Source: Phycisphaera mikurensis NBRC 102666
Lineage (GTDB): Bacteria; Planctomycetota; Phycisphaerae; Phycisphaerales; SM1A02
Direction of reading: 5' to 3'
Length of the DNA: 61,365 nucleotides
Assembly (NCBI GenBank): GCA_945877905.1
Contig: CAMDUT010000001.1
Span: forward strand, 1 to 61,365
Shown here: positions 44,129-56,381 of the stretch, one piece after another
How the letters are laid out: each line of letters opens with the position of its first letter
Numbering within the stretch: the first letter of the stretch is position 1
The notes under the pieces: generated by a model
Databases searched by the model: none
What the model saw: the letters and a program-made list of their open reading frames with translations, nothing else
What the model was told of the DNA's origin: nothing
Position numbers and translations under genes: made by a program

Positions 44129-44956
44129 TCAGACCAAAGTCAGGCTTGGCATGGTTTCTGGGGGAAGTTCACGGTCGACAGGCGCCTGCAGGATGGGCCG
44201 CAGCTCCGGAGTGATCGGCACGATGAGCACGGCGTGGCCGTCGTGGGCGGCGGTCTTCGGGCTACGCACGGTCATCAGGCTGCGCTCCCAGTTGATGTCG
44301 CCCCAGCGGAGCTCGACGATCTCGGAGGGGCAGCGCAGGCCCGCGAAGCGGCTCAGGGCGATGATCGCCCTCCACTGCGGGCAGGGGCACTGGTCGATGA
44401 TCCGCTGCGCCACCTCGGGCCGAACGTAGAAGGCGCGGTCGGGGTTTGACTGCGGCCCGGCGCGCAGGTGCTCGAAGGGGTTCTCGGGAACGAGCTTCCA
44501 GCGCCGTGCGCGGCTGAAGATGCACTTGGCCACGTGGACGCGCTTCGCGATCGTCGCCGCGGCGAGGGGCTTGTGTCGGTCGCCCTTCTCGGAGATCTCC
44601 TTGCGCCAGTGGTCCGCGTCGGCGGGCGTGATCTCGGTGACGGGCGTGCGGCGGCCAATGACCTCGAGCAGGCTGTCGGTGGTCTGCTTGTAGGCGGCGC
44701 GCTCGCGGTGGGGCACGAGGCCCTTGTTCGCGAAGCGGCGGTGGACGCGGTCGTCGAGGCCGTTGAGCCAGCCGAGGAGCTTGACGCCGGGCGAGCGCCG
44801 GTACATCCGGGCCGCCAGCAGAGCCTCGACGCGCACCCGGACCTCCTCGGCCTGCCGCACGTTCACCCGCCCGAGGCGGAGCACGTGGCGCTTGCCGGTG
44901 CCGTCGGTGAAGCACACGCGCTTCGAGCCGTTTGAGTCTCGTGAGACGCTTGCCAT
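44129..44956 (-). pseudogene. Tyrosine recombinase (integrase), N-terminal fragment truncated after the first catalytic Arg
   Basis: MASVSRDSNGSKRVCFTDGTGKRHVLRLG...ALSRFAGLRCPSEIVELRWGDINWERSLMTVRSPKTAAHDGHAVLIVPITPELRPILQA, then an unrelated 21-aa tail and a stop. There is no HxxR or Tyr. Confidence 0.75.
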
Positions 44957-45124
44957 CGTTCCTCGGCCGGGCCGCGGACCATTCCGCGACCCACACATTC
45001 CCTCAACCCCGCCTCACGATCAAGGCCTGGTTTCACGGCCAATTCGGCCAGCTTGATGGCTCGCCGGCACGGCGCCCGCAGCTCCTCCTGGGGCAAACTC
45101 ATCGTTGCGAAACGCGTCCCCGCT

Positions 45125-45268
45125 GTCACCGGAACCGAAACCAAGCGCGATCGCCCCGGCAGATCGGGTTTCGGCGACACGTGGCACGCTGCAGCCCCGT
45201 GAAGCGCGTGGCCAACCGACTCCCCCGTCCGCAAGCGGAGGTTTCGGTTCCGGTGACACGGGTGACAC
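45125..45268. promoter_or_regulatory. Repeat cluster next to attR, candidate integrase or excisionase arm-type sites
   Basis: The 18-bp perfect inverted repeat gtcaccggaaccgaaacc (45125..45142) / ggtttcggttccggtgac (45240..45257). Also a tandem GGTGACAC-G-GGTGACAC at 45252..45268, and a related gggtttcggcgacac in between. Confidence 0.5.
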
Positions 45269-45552
45269 CCGTACGAAACAAACTTGATCGCCCCCGCCAG
45301 CCGCTCCGTTGGGCCACGCGCATGCGCTCGCGTCAGGGAGGACCCGCGGCCGCCAAAGGCGCCCGTCGGCTGGCCCCGCGCCACTCGCCCGGGAAGCCCC
45401 CCGTTGCCCTGTGCGCCCTTCCCCGGGCCGCAACCCTTCCGCCCCCCCCGAGCCCCAAGCCCGGCCCTCACGCTGGCGTCCACGCCCGCCATTGCGACGC
45501 ATTCTGCGCCGCTTTCACCCTCCCCCACCGAATCCCGCGGCGTTCAGCGAGG

Positions 45553-45576
45553 GGTTCGAATCCAGTATCGCCCATT
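45553..45576 (+). repeat. attR-like direct repeat (displaced original 3' end of tRNA-Val)
   Basis: Identical 24 nt to 33572..33595. There is no upstream tRNA body. Confidence 0.85.
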
Positions 45577-45583
45577 GAGGCAG

Positions 45584-45614
45584 ACCCGCAAGCAGTGCCT
45601 GCGGGTTTGTCGTT
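45584..45614 (+). terminator. Hairpin plus T-rich tail after attR, probably the ancestral tRNA-Val terminator
   Basis: acccgca-(9 nt)-tgcgggt followed by ttgtcgtt. Confidence 0.4.
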
Positions 45615-45731
45615 GATGCAGAGTTGCAGGGCGTGAATCTCCCGGTCGGGTTGCCGTGACACACCCCGAGAACCCCCGAGTCATCCCACTCCTGCACCAC
45701 CACCTGGCGTCGGCGCCGGCACGGCCGGGAT

Positions 45732-46994
45732 TCAGCGCGACCCGTACGTCCCCCAACGCCACAGGCGTTCCATGGGGCCGTTGCCGACGAACCTGGTCCA
45801 TGCCAGCGCGGCAACCGCAAGCGCGGCCCACACGCCCACCGCGACAGCGGTGAATCGCGCGTCGCCCATCGTGCCGAACATCGCAAGCCCCCACCAGGAT
45901 GCGATCATGGTGCACACGATCGACTCGCCCAGGTAGACGGTGAGGCCGATCGATCCCGCCGCCTGCACGGGCGCGCGCAGGATGGCCGGCAGCCGTGGGC
46001 CGAACTCGACCGCCAGGCACGCATAGCCCACCGGCAGGAGGATCGCGCTCAGGGACAGCCCAAGCCCCGTCAGCGCCATGGCGGCGCCGCTCTCGCGCCC
46101 AAGCAGCCACCACGGAAACACCGCAAGCGCCGCGAACGGAAGCCCGGCCAGGACGAGCCGGGTGGCGAGTCGGCGCCGCCGCCCTGAAGCGTCCGCCGCG
46201 AACAGCCCGGATCGCTGCGCCCACACGCCAAGCAGCATCATCATGAAGGACTGCCACCCGTAGCTGAACGGCGCCGCCAGCGTGCCGAACAGGTAGCCGG
46301 CCGCGCGGAAGAGCAGCGCCTCATGCCACGGACCGGTGCGGAACGCGCTCGTCTCGGCCTCGATCCACTCCGGGCTGGCCGGGTTGAACTCCGACGCCAG
46401 CATGGCATCGAAGCCCCGCACGGGCCCCGCGGCCGGGTCGGCGGCCGGTTCCGCCGGCGCGGTCGCCGCCGATGCGTCGGCGAACGCCCATTGCAGCGCC
46501 AGGCCGGCAAGCGTGACGAGGAGGATCACCGCAAGCACGCCGATCGTGACGCGCCGCAGCCAACGGTCGTCGAGCCCGATGCACGCGACCACCAGCACGC
46601 CAAGCAGCGCGTAGAGGGTCAGGATGTCGCCGTACCAGATGACCAGTCCGTGCACCGCGCCGATCGCCAGCATGAGCTCCAGCCTGCGCAGCGCGTTCGG
46701 CCAGCGAGACCGTCCGTTCGCGGCCGCCCGCGCCGCCTGCTGGGCGAGCCCGAACCCGAAGAGCAGCGAGAAGATCGAGATGAACTTGAACGTCGCGAGC
46801 GCATCGACCGCGTCATGCACCGCCCAGTCGAGGGTCGATCGTCCAAGCCCCTCCGGCAGCGGACCTTGCCCCAGCGCGCACCCCATCGGCAGGAAGAAGA
46901 ACCGCGCATTCACCAGGATGATGCCTAGCAGCGCCATGCCCCGGGCGAAGTCGATGCCGGCGTTGCGCTCGATCCTCGGGACGGGTGCGTTCAT
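45732..46994 (-). CDS. DUF418/YeiB-like integral membrane protein
   Basis: RNAGIDFARGMALLGIILVNARFF, FSLLFGFGL, and about 10 TM segments. Confidence 0.8.
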   Translation of the reverse strand: MNAPVPRIERNAGIDFARGMALLGIILVNARFFFLPMGCALGQGPLPEGLGRSTLDWAVHDAVDALATFKFISIFSLLFGFGLAQQAARAAANGRSRWPNALRRLELMLAIGAVHGLVIWYGDILTLYALLGVLVVACIGLDDRWLRRVTIGVLAVILLVTLAGLALQWAFADASAATAPAEPAADPAAGPVRGFDAMLASEFNPASPEWIEAETSAFRTGPWHEALLFRAAGYLFGTLAAPFSYGWQSFMMMLLGVWAQRSGLFAADASGRRRRLATRLVLAGLPFAALAVFPWWLLGRESGAAMALTGLGLSLSAILLPVGYACLAVEFGPRLPAILRAPVQAAGSIGLTVYLGESIVCTMIASWWGLAMFGTMGDARFTAVAVGVWAALAVAALAWTRFVGNGPMERLWRWGTYGSR

Positions 46995-47175
46995 GCCAGA
47001 GACGTCCGCAGGCTACGTGATGTGAGCCATGAAGCCATCATAGATCGTCGCCTCGGTCATCCTCGACTCGCGGGTCGGGGTCGGCACGACGGTCACGGTG
47101 CTGCTGCCGTTCGTCACGTGAGGGCGCGTTTCGCGCGGGAACTTCCCGCTGCCCTTCGCCGCACGCCGCCGATAG

Positions 47176-50565
<3,390 letters not shown>

Positions 50566-50577
50566 GGATGACCGCGT

Positions 50578-51636
50578 TCAGATGATCCTGCGGCTGCGCA
50601 GCGCGCAGCCGGCGAGCTTGTAGAGCGTGCGCGCGCCGACGCAGCCGTTCCACTCGTCGCCGGGCGCGCCGGGCGCGACCTCGCAGAGGTCGAACCCGAC
50701 CACGCGGCGGCCGCTCGCGGCGAGCAGCTCGAGCAGGTGGCACGTCTCGGGGAACGTGAGGCCGCCGGGCACCGGCGTGCCGGTGTGCGGGCACAGGTCC
50801 GCGGTGAACCCGTCGATGTCGAACGAGACGTAGACGTCGCGCGGGAGCGCGGCGATGACGTCCTTGCACACCTTGGTCCACGTGGCGCCGCCGAACTGGC
50901 GGTCGCGCAGGCGCTGGTCGTAGAAGGTCCTCACGCGGCCCTTGGAGCGCTCGGCGAACGCGACCTCGCGCGCGCCGACGTCGCGGATCCCCACCTGCAC
51001 CAGGCGCTTCACGCCCGGCAGCCTGGCCATCACGTTGTGGAAGATGCTCGCATGGCTCCATGCGAACCCCTCGAACGAGTCGCGCAGGTCCGCGTGCGCG
51101 TCGACCTGGAGGATGCCCATGCCCGGATGGCGCATCGAGAGCTCGGCGATGAGGCCGAACGGGCTCGCGTGGTCGCCGCCGAGCACGGCAGGGATCGCGC
51201 CGCGGTCGAGGATGCGCTCGGCCTCGCGCGCGACGTACCCGTGCACGCGCTCGCTGGCGGCGTTCACCGCCGCCACGGCCTTCGCGTGGGCGCGGTTGCC
51301 GGCGACGGCACCCCCGGCCCGGATCACGGGCTCCGCCGCCGCGCGCGCCCGCTTCGAGAGCGCTGCGATCCTCTTGGGAATCGGCAGCATCGCGATGCCG
51401 GCCTTCCAGACGGGTCCGTACTGGATGTCCTCGAGGTCGACCTGCTTGCTCGCCTCGAGCACGTGCCGCGGGCCGCGCGCGGTGCCGGCCCGGTAGCTGG
51501 TGGTGGCGTCGAACGGCACCGGGATCACGACGAGCCGTGCGTCCTCCGGACGGGTGCCGAGGCCGAAGAGGCCGTCGCCCGTGGCTGCGGCATCGGGGTC
51601 GAAATCGGCAGGGACGACGGCGTTGCGCGAGGGCAT
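50578..51636 (-). CDS. Agmatinase/arginase (ureohydrolase) family protein
   Basis: Mn-ligand blocks LGGDHASPFG, VDAHADLR and SFDIDGFTADLCPHTGTPVPGG. The start is ATG 51636 (alternative 51675). Confidence 0.85.
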   Translation of the reverse strand: MPSRNAVVPADFDPDAAATGDGLFGLGTRPEDARLVVIPVPFDATTSYRAGTARGPRHVLEASKQVDLEDIQYGPVWKAGIAMLPIPKRIAALSKRARAAAEPVIRAGGAVAGNRAHAKAVAAVNAASERVHGYVAREAERILDRGAIPAVLGGDHASPFGLIAELSMRHPGMGILQVDAHADLRDSFEGFAWSHASIFHNVMARLPGVKRLVQVGIRDVGAREVAFAERSKGRVRTFYDQRLRDRQFGGATWTKVCKDVIAALPRDVYVSFDIDGFTADLCPHTGTPVPGGLTFPETCHLLELLAASGRRVVGFDLCEVAPGAPGDEWNGCVGARTLYKLAGCALRSRRII

Positions 51637-51673
51637 CGCGGAATCGTAGTGGCGTGCCGATAGGATCGCGCGC

Positions 51674-53443
51674 ATGGGACTCCTGAGGACGTGCCTGGTC
51701 GCTACGGTGCTGGCGCAGGCGGCCGCCGCGGCTGCGCGCGGCGACGACTGGGGCGACCGCGTCGAGCGGCACCTGGCCTCCGCGCGCGCGCGCGCCCTCG
51801 CCGCGTGCGCAGAGCGGAAGGCGGATCTCCCCGCGGACTTCGTGGCGTGGATCGACGGCGACCGGGCGCTGCGCGCATCGGTCTACGGATGCCGCGCGGA
51901 CCCGCTTCCGGTGCTGCTTGGGCTGCGCTCGCTCGAGATCGACCTCGGGCAGGACGCCGTCCGACGAACGCACACGCAGCTGGCGCTTGCGCTTGCGATG
52001 CAGGACTCGTACGCCGCGCGCGGTGCGCAGGGGACGAGGTGGAACGACGCCGACGGCGCGTCGCCCGCCTCGGCGCTGCCCGACGTGTCGCCGCGGGCAC
52101 CGATCTCGCTGCGGATCCCCGGCGACCCGCGCACGTGCGTCGACGTCAAGGACCCCGCGCGCGCGAAGGACCGCGACTGCGTGATCGTCGCGTTCCTCGA
52201 GGCGCACGCGCCGGTGACGGTGGAGGAGCGGTTCGAGGAGCCCGCCCCGCTCGAGTACGACGACAAGGGAATCGCGAAGAAGCGCGGCAAGCCCGTGAAG
52301 GGAACGCGCACGGCGACCCGGCCCATGGTGGCGGCGGACGTGATCGCCTCGGCCTCGCTGCAGCGCGAGTTCAACGCGTGGATGGCCTCGAACGGCCACC
52401 CCGAGGTCGCCATCGACTGCGGCGACGGCGCCGTCGCGTGGGGATCGACGGCCGCGGTCTCGGACGACGCGCTGCGCCGCCGCATCGCCGCCGCGCACGA
52501 GCTGTTCCGCACGGCCTACGAGCGCACCGGCCGGCTGCCGGCCGCGCGCGACGCCGCGCCGACCGCCGCCGAGTCGATGGCGTGGTTCATGCGCAACGAC
52601 GCATGGCCGTTCACCGACGGGGAACGGACGGCGCGGCAATGGCCGAGGTTCCCGCTGAACGCGCCGTGGCCGGTGCTGATGATGCTGGCGGGCGACGACC
52701 AGCCGCTGCGCGAGCGCGAGGAACTCTGGCGGAGGTTCGTGGCCACGGGCGAGGCGCGCACCTACGGCGAGTACATCGGCGACATCGCGCAGCAGTTCGA
52801 CATGCAGAGCGCGCGCCGGCTGTCGCCCTTCCCGTTCCAGTACGGCAGCGTCCAGATGATGTGGAAGGACGGCGGCGTCTGCGGAACCATGGGGAACATC
52901 GGCGCGCGCACGTGGCGCGTGCTCGGGGTGCCGGCGTCGACCGCCGGGCAGCCCGGGCACTGCGCGCTCGTGAAGATGACGCACGACCCGGGGACGGGCG
53001 CATTCGGGTGCGAGGGCGAGCAGTACGCCACGGGCGGTGACGACGTGACCACCGTGCACGCCGGCTGGAACTACGACGACCGCGGCGGCCGGCGCCCGAT
53101 GGTGTTCCACCAGAGCGTGGCGTGGGGCGTGAACGCGGGCGTGATTCCGTTCCTCGAGACGCTGGTGATGCGGCGCGCATGGGACGACGGGGTGGCGGCC
53201 GACGCGCGCGCGGGCGCGTGCGAGGCCTTCATGGAGGCGGGCGTGCGGCGCAACCCGTTCTGCCTGGCGGTGATCGAGGCGGCGTTCGCCGCGGCGCCCG
53301 ACCGTGCCGCCGCCGACCGATTGCTCGCCGCGTTCGACCGTGCGGCGGCCGGGCGCGCCGACGTGCCCGAGGCGTACCGCGCGCAGGTTCGCGCGATCGC
53401 CGCGGCCCCGGCCGGGGAACGCCCGCGCAGGCGGCGGAGGTAG
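51674..53443 (+). CDS. Secreted hypothetical protein with a possible transglutaminase-like Cys/His core
   Basis: Signal MGLLRTCLVATVLAQAAAAAA. GGVCGTMGNIGARTWRVLGVPASTAGQPGHCALV resembles the Cys...His arrangement of transglutaminase-like cysteine peptidases. The domain call is tentative. Confidence 0.7.
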   Translation: MGLLRTCLVATVLAQAAAAAARGDDWGDRVERHLASARARALAACAERKADLPADFVAWIDGDRALRASVYGCRADPLPVLLGLRSLEIDLGQDAVRRTHTQLALALAMQDSYAARGAQGTRWNDADGASPASALPDVSPRAPISLRIPGDPRTCVDVKDPARAKDRDCVIVAFLEAHAPVTVEERFEEPAPLEYDDKGIAKKRGKPVKGTRTATRPMVAADVIASASLQREFNAWMASNGHPEVAIDCGDGAVAWGSTAAVSDDALRRRIAAAHELFRTAYERTGRLPAARDAAPTAAESMAWFMRNDAWPFTDGERTARQWPRFPLNAPWPVLMMLAGDDQPLREREELWRRFVATGEARTYGEYIGDIAQQFDMQSARRLSPFPFQYGSVQMMWKDGGVCGTMGNIGARTWRVLGVPASTAGQPGHCALVKMTHDPGTGAFGCEGEQYATGGDDVTTVHAGWNYDDRGGRRPMVFHQSVAWGVNAGVIPFLETLVMRRAWDDGVAADARAGACEAFMEAGVRRNPFCLAVIEAAFAAAPDRAAADRLLAAFDRAAAGRADVPEAYRAQVRAIAAAPAGERPRRRRR

Positions 53444-53446
53444 GGG

Positions 53447-54163
53447 ATGGCCTTCGCGTCACGCATGCCTCGCACGCGCGTCCCCGAGCGGATGGACGAT
53501 CCCGCGATCGACCCGGCGGCGCACACGCATGCGCTCCGCGGGCTGGCGCGGCTGAACGGGTGGTCCGCGAGCCACCGGCTGCTGTGGCCCGCCGTGCGGC
53601 GGGCGGCGCTGGCGGCGCGGGAAGCCGGACGGCGCGCCGTGGTGACGGACGTGGCGACCGGCTCGGCCGACGGGCCAGTGCGCCTGGCGTCGACGGCGGC
53701 ACGGCACGGCATGCCCCTCACGCTGGTGCTCTGCGACAGCAGCGCGACGGCGCTCGACGCCGCGATGGCGCGGGCGCGTGACGCGGGCGTCGAGGCCGAG
53801 GCGCACCGATGCGACGTGCTGCGTGACCCGATGCCCGGGCACGCCGACCTCGTGACGTGCTCGCTGTTCATGCACCACCTCGACCGCGAGGACGCGGTGC
53901 GGGCGATGCGCACGATGTCGCGCGCGGGCGATGCGGTCGCGGTCGCGGACCTCGATCGGTCGCGCGGCGGCCTTGCGCTGGCGTGGCTCGGAGCGCACGC
54001 GCTCTCGCGGTCGCCCGTGGTGCACTTCGACGCGACCGCGAGCGTCCGGGCCGCGCACGCGCCCGACGAGGTCCTGGCAATGGCCCGCGATGCGGGCATG
54101 CCGGGGGCGTGCGTGCGAGCGCGCATCCCGTTCCGGTGGGTGCTCGAATGGAAGCGTGCATGA
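53447..54163 (+). CDS. Class I SAM-dependent methyltransferase
   Basis: RVPERMDDP, VVTDVATGSADG (motif I), LVTCSLFMHHLDREDAV. It starts 4 nt after the upstream stop. Confidence 0.8.
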   Translation: MAFASRMPRTRVPERMDDPAIDPAAHTHALRGLARLNGWSASHRLLWPAVRRAALAAREAGRRAVVTDVATGSADGPVRLASTAARHGMPLTLVLCDSSATALDAAMARARDAGVEAEAHRCDVLRDPMPGHADLVTCSLFMHHLDREDAVRAMRTMSRAGDAVAVADLDRSRGGLALAWLGAHALSRSPVVHFDATASVRAAHAPDEVLAMARDAGMPGACVRARIPFRWVLEWKRA

Positions 54164-55302
54164 ACGACGACCGCTTCGACGTCCTGGTGATCGGCGCCGG
54201 GCCGGCGGGCACGTGCGCGGCGCTCGCGGCGATCGCGGCCGGCGCGCGGACGGCGATCGTCGAACGCGCTGACTTCCCGCGCGCCAAGGTCTGCGGATGC
54301 TGCCTGTCACCCGCGGGGGTCGCGGCGCTCCGTGCGCTCGGCGCGGACGACGCGCTGCGCGACGCGGTGCCGCTCCGCGAGGTGACGGTGGAGGCTTCCG
54401 GCGCGATCGCGCGGATCGAGGGCGACCGCGGCGTGGCCATCGGGCGGGACGCGCTCGACGACCGGCTGCTGCGGCATGCGCGGGCGCGGGGCGCGGTCGC
54501 ATGGACGGGAACCACCGCGTCCGTGACGGCCCCGGGCTCGGTGACCGCGACCGATCGCGCCGGCGGATCGACCCTCGAGCTGCGGGCAGGCGTGGTCGTG
54601 GTGGCCGACGGGCTCGGAGGATCGTCGCTCGCGGCCCATGGGACCACGCCGGCGGGTGCGCCGGAAGCGGTGCCGGGCTGGCGGATCGCGCGCGGGAGCC
54701 GCATGGGATTCGGTGCCGTGCTTCCGGGCGATGCCGTGCGGTGCGCGCCCGGGTGCATCACGATGAAGGTCGTGCGCGGCGGGTACGTCGGGCTCGTGCG
54801 GCTCCCTGACGGCCGTGTCGACGTCGCCGCCGCGGCGGACCCCAAGATGGTCCGGCGGCTCGGTGGCCCGGCGGCCTGCGCCGAGGCGTGGCTTGCGGAC
54901 CACGTGCTCCGGGCGGACGCGATCCGCGACGCCGCGTGGCGCGGGACGCCCGCGCTGACGCGCCGGCGCGCACGCGTCGACGGGCCGGGGCTGATGGTGG
55001 TCGGCGACGCGTCGGGGTACGTCGAGCCGTTCACGGGCGAGGGCATGGGCTGGGCGATGAACGCGGGGCGCGCGGCCGGCGCGCTCGCCGCGCGCGTGGC
55101 GCAAGGCTCGGCACGGACCGACGATTGGCCGCGCGCGCTGCATGCGCTGGCGTCGCGTGACCGGATCCGCTGCCGTGCGATCGCGCTGGCGTTGCGCAGC
55201 CCGGCGTTCACCGGCGCGGCGCTTCGGGCGTTCGCGCTGGCGCCGTCCTTCCTCGACGCGTTCGCGCGTCGCATCGGGAAACCCACGGCGAGGACGGCAT
55301 GA
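54160..55302 (+). CDS. FAD-dependent oxidoreductase (geranylgeranyl reductase / flavin monooxygenase-like)
   Basis: FDVLVIGAGPAGTCAA (GxGxxG), VVGDASGYVEPFTGEGMGWAM. ATGA overlap with the methyltransferase gene. Confidence 0.85.
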   Translation: MNDDRFDVLVIGAGPAGTCAALAAIAAGARTAIVERADFPRAKVCGCCLSPAGVAALRALGADDALRDAVPLREVTVEASGAIARIEGDRGVAIGRDALDDRLLRHARARGAVAWTGTTASVTAPGSVTATDRAGGSTLELRAGVVVVADGLGGSSLAAHGTTPAGAPEAVPGWRIARGSRMGFGAVLPGDAVRCAPGCITMKVVRGGYVGLVRLPDGRVDVAAAADPKMVRRLGGPAACAEAWLADHVLRADAIRDAAWRGTPALTRRRARVDGPGLMVVGDASGYVEPFTGEGMGWAMNAGRAAGALAARVAQGSARTDDWPRALHALASRDRIRCRAIALALRSPAFTGAALRAFALAPSFLDAFARRIGKPTARTA

Positions 55303-56351
55303 ACGACCCTGCGCTTCGATCGATCGCGACCGCCGTGCCGGACGACTCGCTTGGCCGTGACCGGTGGCTTGCCGCCGCGGACCAGATGAGCCCACCCGAG
55401 GTCGACCGCAAGGTGCTCGTGCGGCTGGCGGAGCGAAGCGGGATCGACGCACGCGGATGCTCGGCGACCACGGAGGGACCGGACGCCTTCTACCGCACGC
55501 ACGCGGACCCCGACCCCGGGACGGCGGCGCGCATGGCGCTGTGGGGCCGGTCGGCGCGCGCGATGGCCGAGCGCGCGGCGCGGCGCGCGCTCGGGGAATC
55601 CGGCGTGGCGCCAGGCGAGGTCACGCACGTGATCACGGCGTCGTGCACGGGGTTCGAGTCACCGGGGGTGGACGCGCACCTCATCGAGTCGCTGGGGCTT
55701 CCGTCGAACGTCCGGCGCGTGAACGTCGGTTTCATGGGGTGCCATGCCGCGGTGAACGCGCTCGCCGTCGCGCGCGACGCCGTGCGTTCGAGGCCGGGCG
55801 CCGCGGCGCTGGTGTGCTGCGCGGAGGTCTCGACGGCGCACTTCCATCGGTCGGCACGGCTCGACCACCTGGTGGCGAACACGCTGTTCGCCGACGGTGC
55901 GGCCGCGATGATGGTGGCCGAGGGCGACGGGCCGCGCGTGGCGGGCACGCATTCGGCGCTGATCCCGGGCACGGCGCACGAGATGGCGTGGACGGTCGGA
56001 GACCATGGTTTCAGCATGACGCTCGGCGCGGGGGTGCCCGACGTCCTCCTGCGCACGGTGGGGCCGTGGGTCGACGGCGCGCTCGCGGAGCACGGGTTGC
56101 GGCGCGAGTCAGTGGGCGGTTGGGCCGTGCACCCCGGCGGGCCGCGCGTGCTCGACGCGGTGGGGCAATCGCTCGGCCTCCCGGCCGAGGCGCTTCACGG
56201 GAGCCGCGCGGTGCTGCGCGAACACGGCAACATGTCGAGCGCCACCCTGCCCTTCATCCTGAAGCGGCTGGCGGACGCGGGCACGCCGCGGCCATGGGCG
56301 GGACTCGCGTTCGGGCCGGGGCTCGTGGGCGAGATGGTGCTGGTGACGTGA
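55299..56351 (+). CDS. Type III polyketide synthase (chalcone/stilbene synthase superfamily)
   Basis: Catalytic Cys in ITASCTGFESPG, His in WAVHPGGPRVLD, Asn in REHGNMSSATLPF. GFGPGL-like end (AFGPGL). ATGA overlap with the upstream gene. Confidence 0.9.
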   Translation: MNDPALRSIATAVPDDSLGRDRWLAAADQMSPPEVDRKVLVRLAERSGIDARGCSATTEGPDAFYRTHADPDPGTAARMALWGRSARAMAERAARRALGESGVAPGEVTHVITASCTGFESPGVDAHLIESLGLPSNVRRVNVGFMGCHAAVNALAVARDAVRSRPGAAALVCCAEVSTAHFHRSARLDHLVANTLFADGAAAMMVAEGDGPRVAGTHSALIPGTAHEMAWTVGDHGFSMTLGAGVPDVLLRTVGPWVDGALAEHGLRRESVGGWAVHPGGPRVLDAVGQSLGLPAEALHGSRAVLREHGNMSSATLPFILKRLADAGTPRPWAGLAFGPGLVGEMVLVT

Positions 56352-56381
56352 GCCGCGGGGCGGCCGGCAGCATTCCCGCGC

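Larger units (their letters stand above)
33572..45576. mobile_element. Roughly 12 kb integrated genomic island in tRNA-Val carrying a heavy-metal RND efflux operon. Its integrase is degraded.
   Basis: A 24-bp direct repeat of the tRNA 3' end lies at both borders. Tyrosine-recombinase fragments lie inside. The cargo is a self-contained efflux operon. The right third is visibly less GC-rich. Confidence 0.8.

Noticed and set aside
45553-45576. Possible second tRNA-Val gene or tRNA pseudogene.
   Set aside because: Only the T-arm 3' half plus the acceptor 3' strand are present. The upstream sequence does not fold into D or anticodon arms. It is better explained as attR.
53395-53443. The Arg-rich C-terminus (PAGERPRRRRR) of the 589-aa protein as a possible PEP-CTERM tail.
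   Set aside because: There is no PEP-like motif followed by a hydrophobic helix, only the basic cluster.
53868-55628. ORF 53868..55628 (-, 586 aa) and other long ORFs across the PKS operon.
   Set aside because: It is antisense to three genes with clear catalytic motifs, and its composition is Arg/Ala/Ser/Pro-biased.
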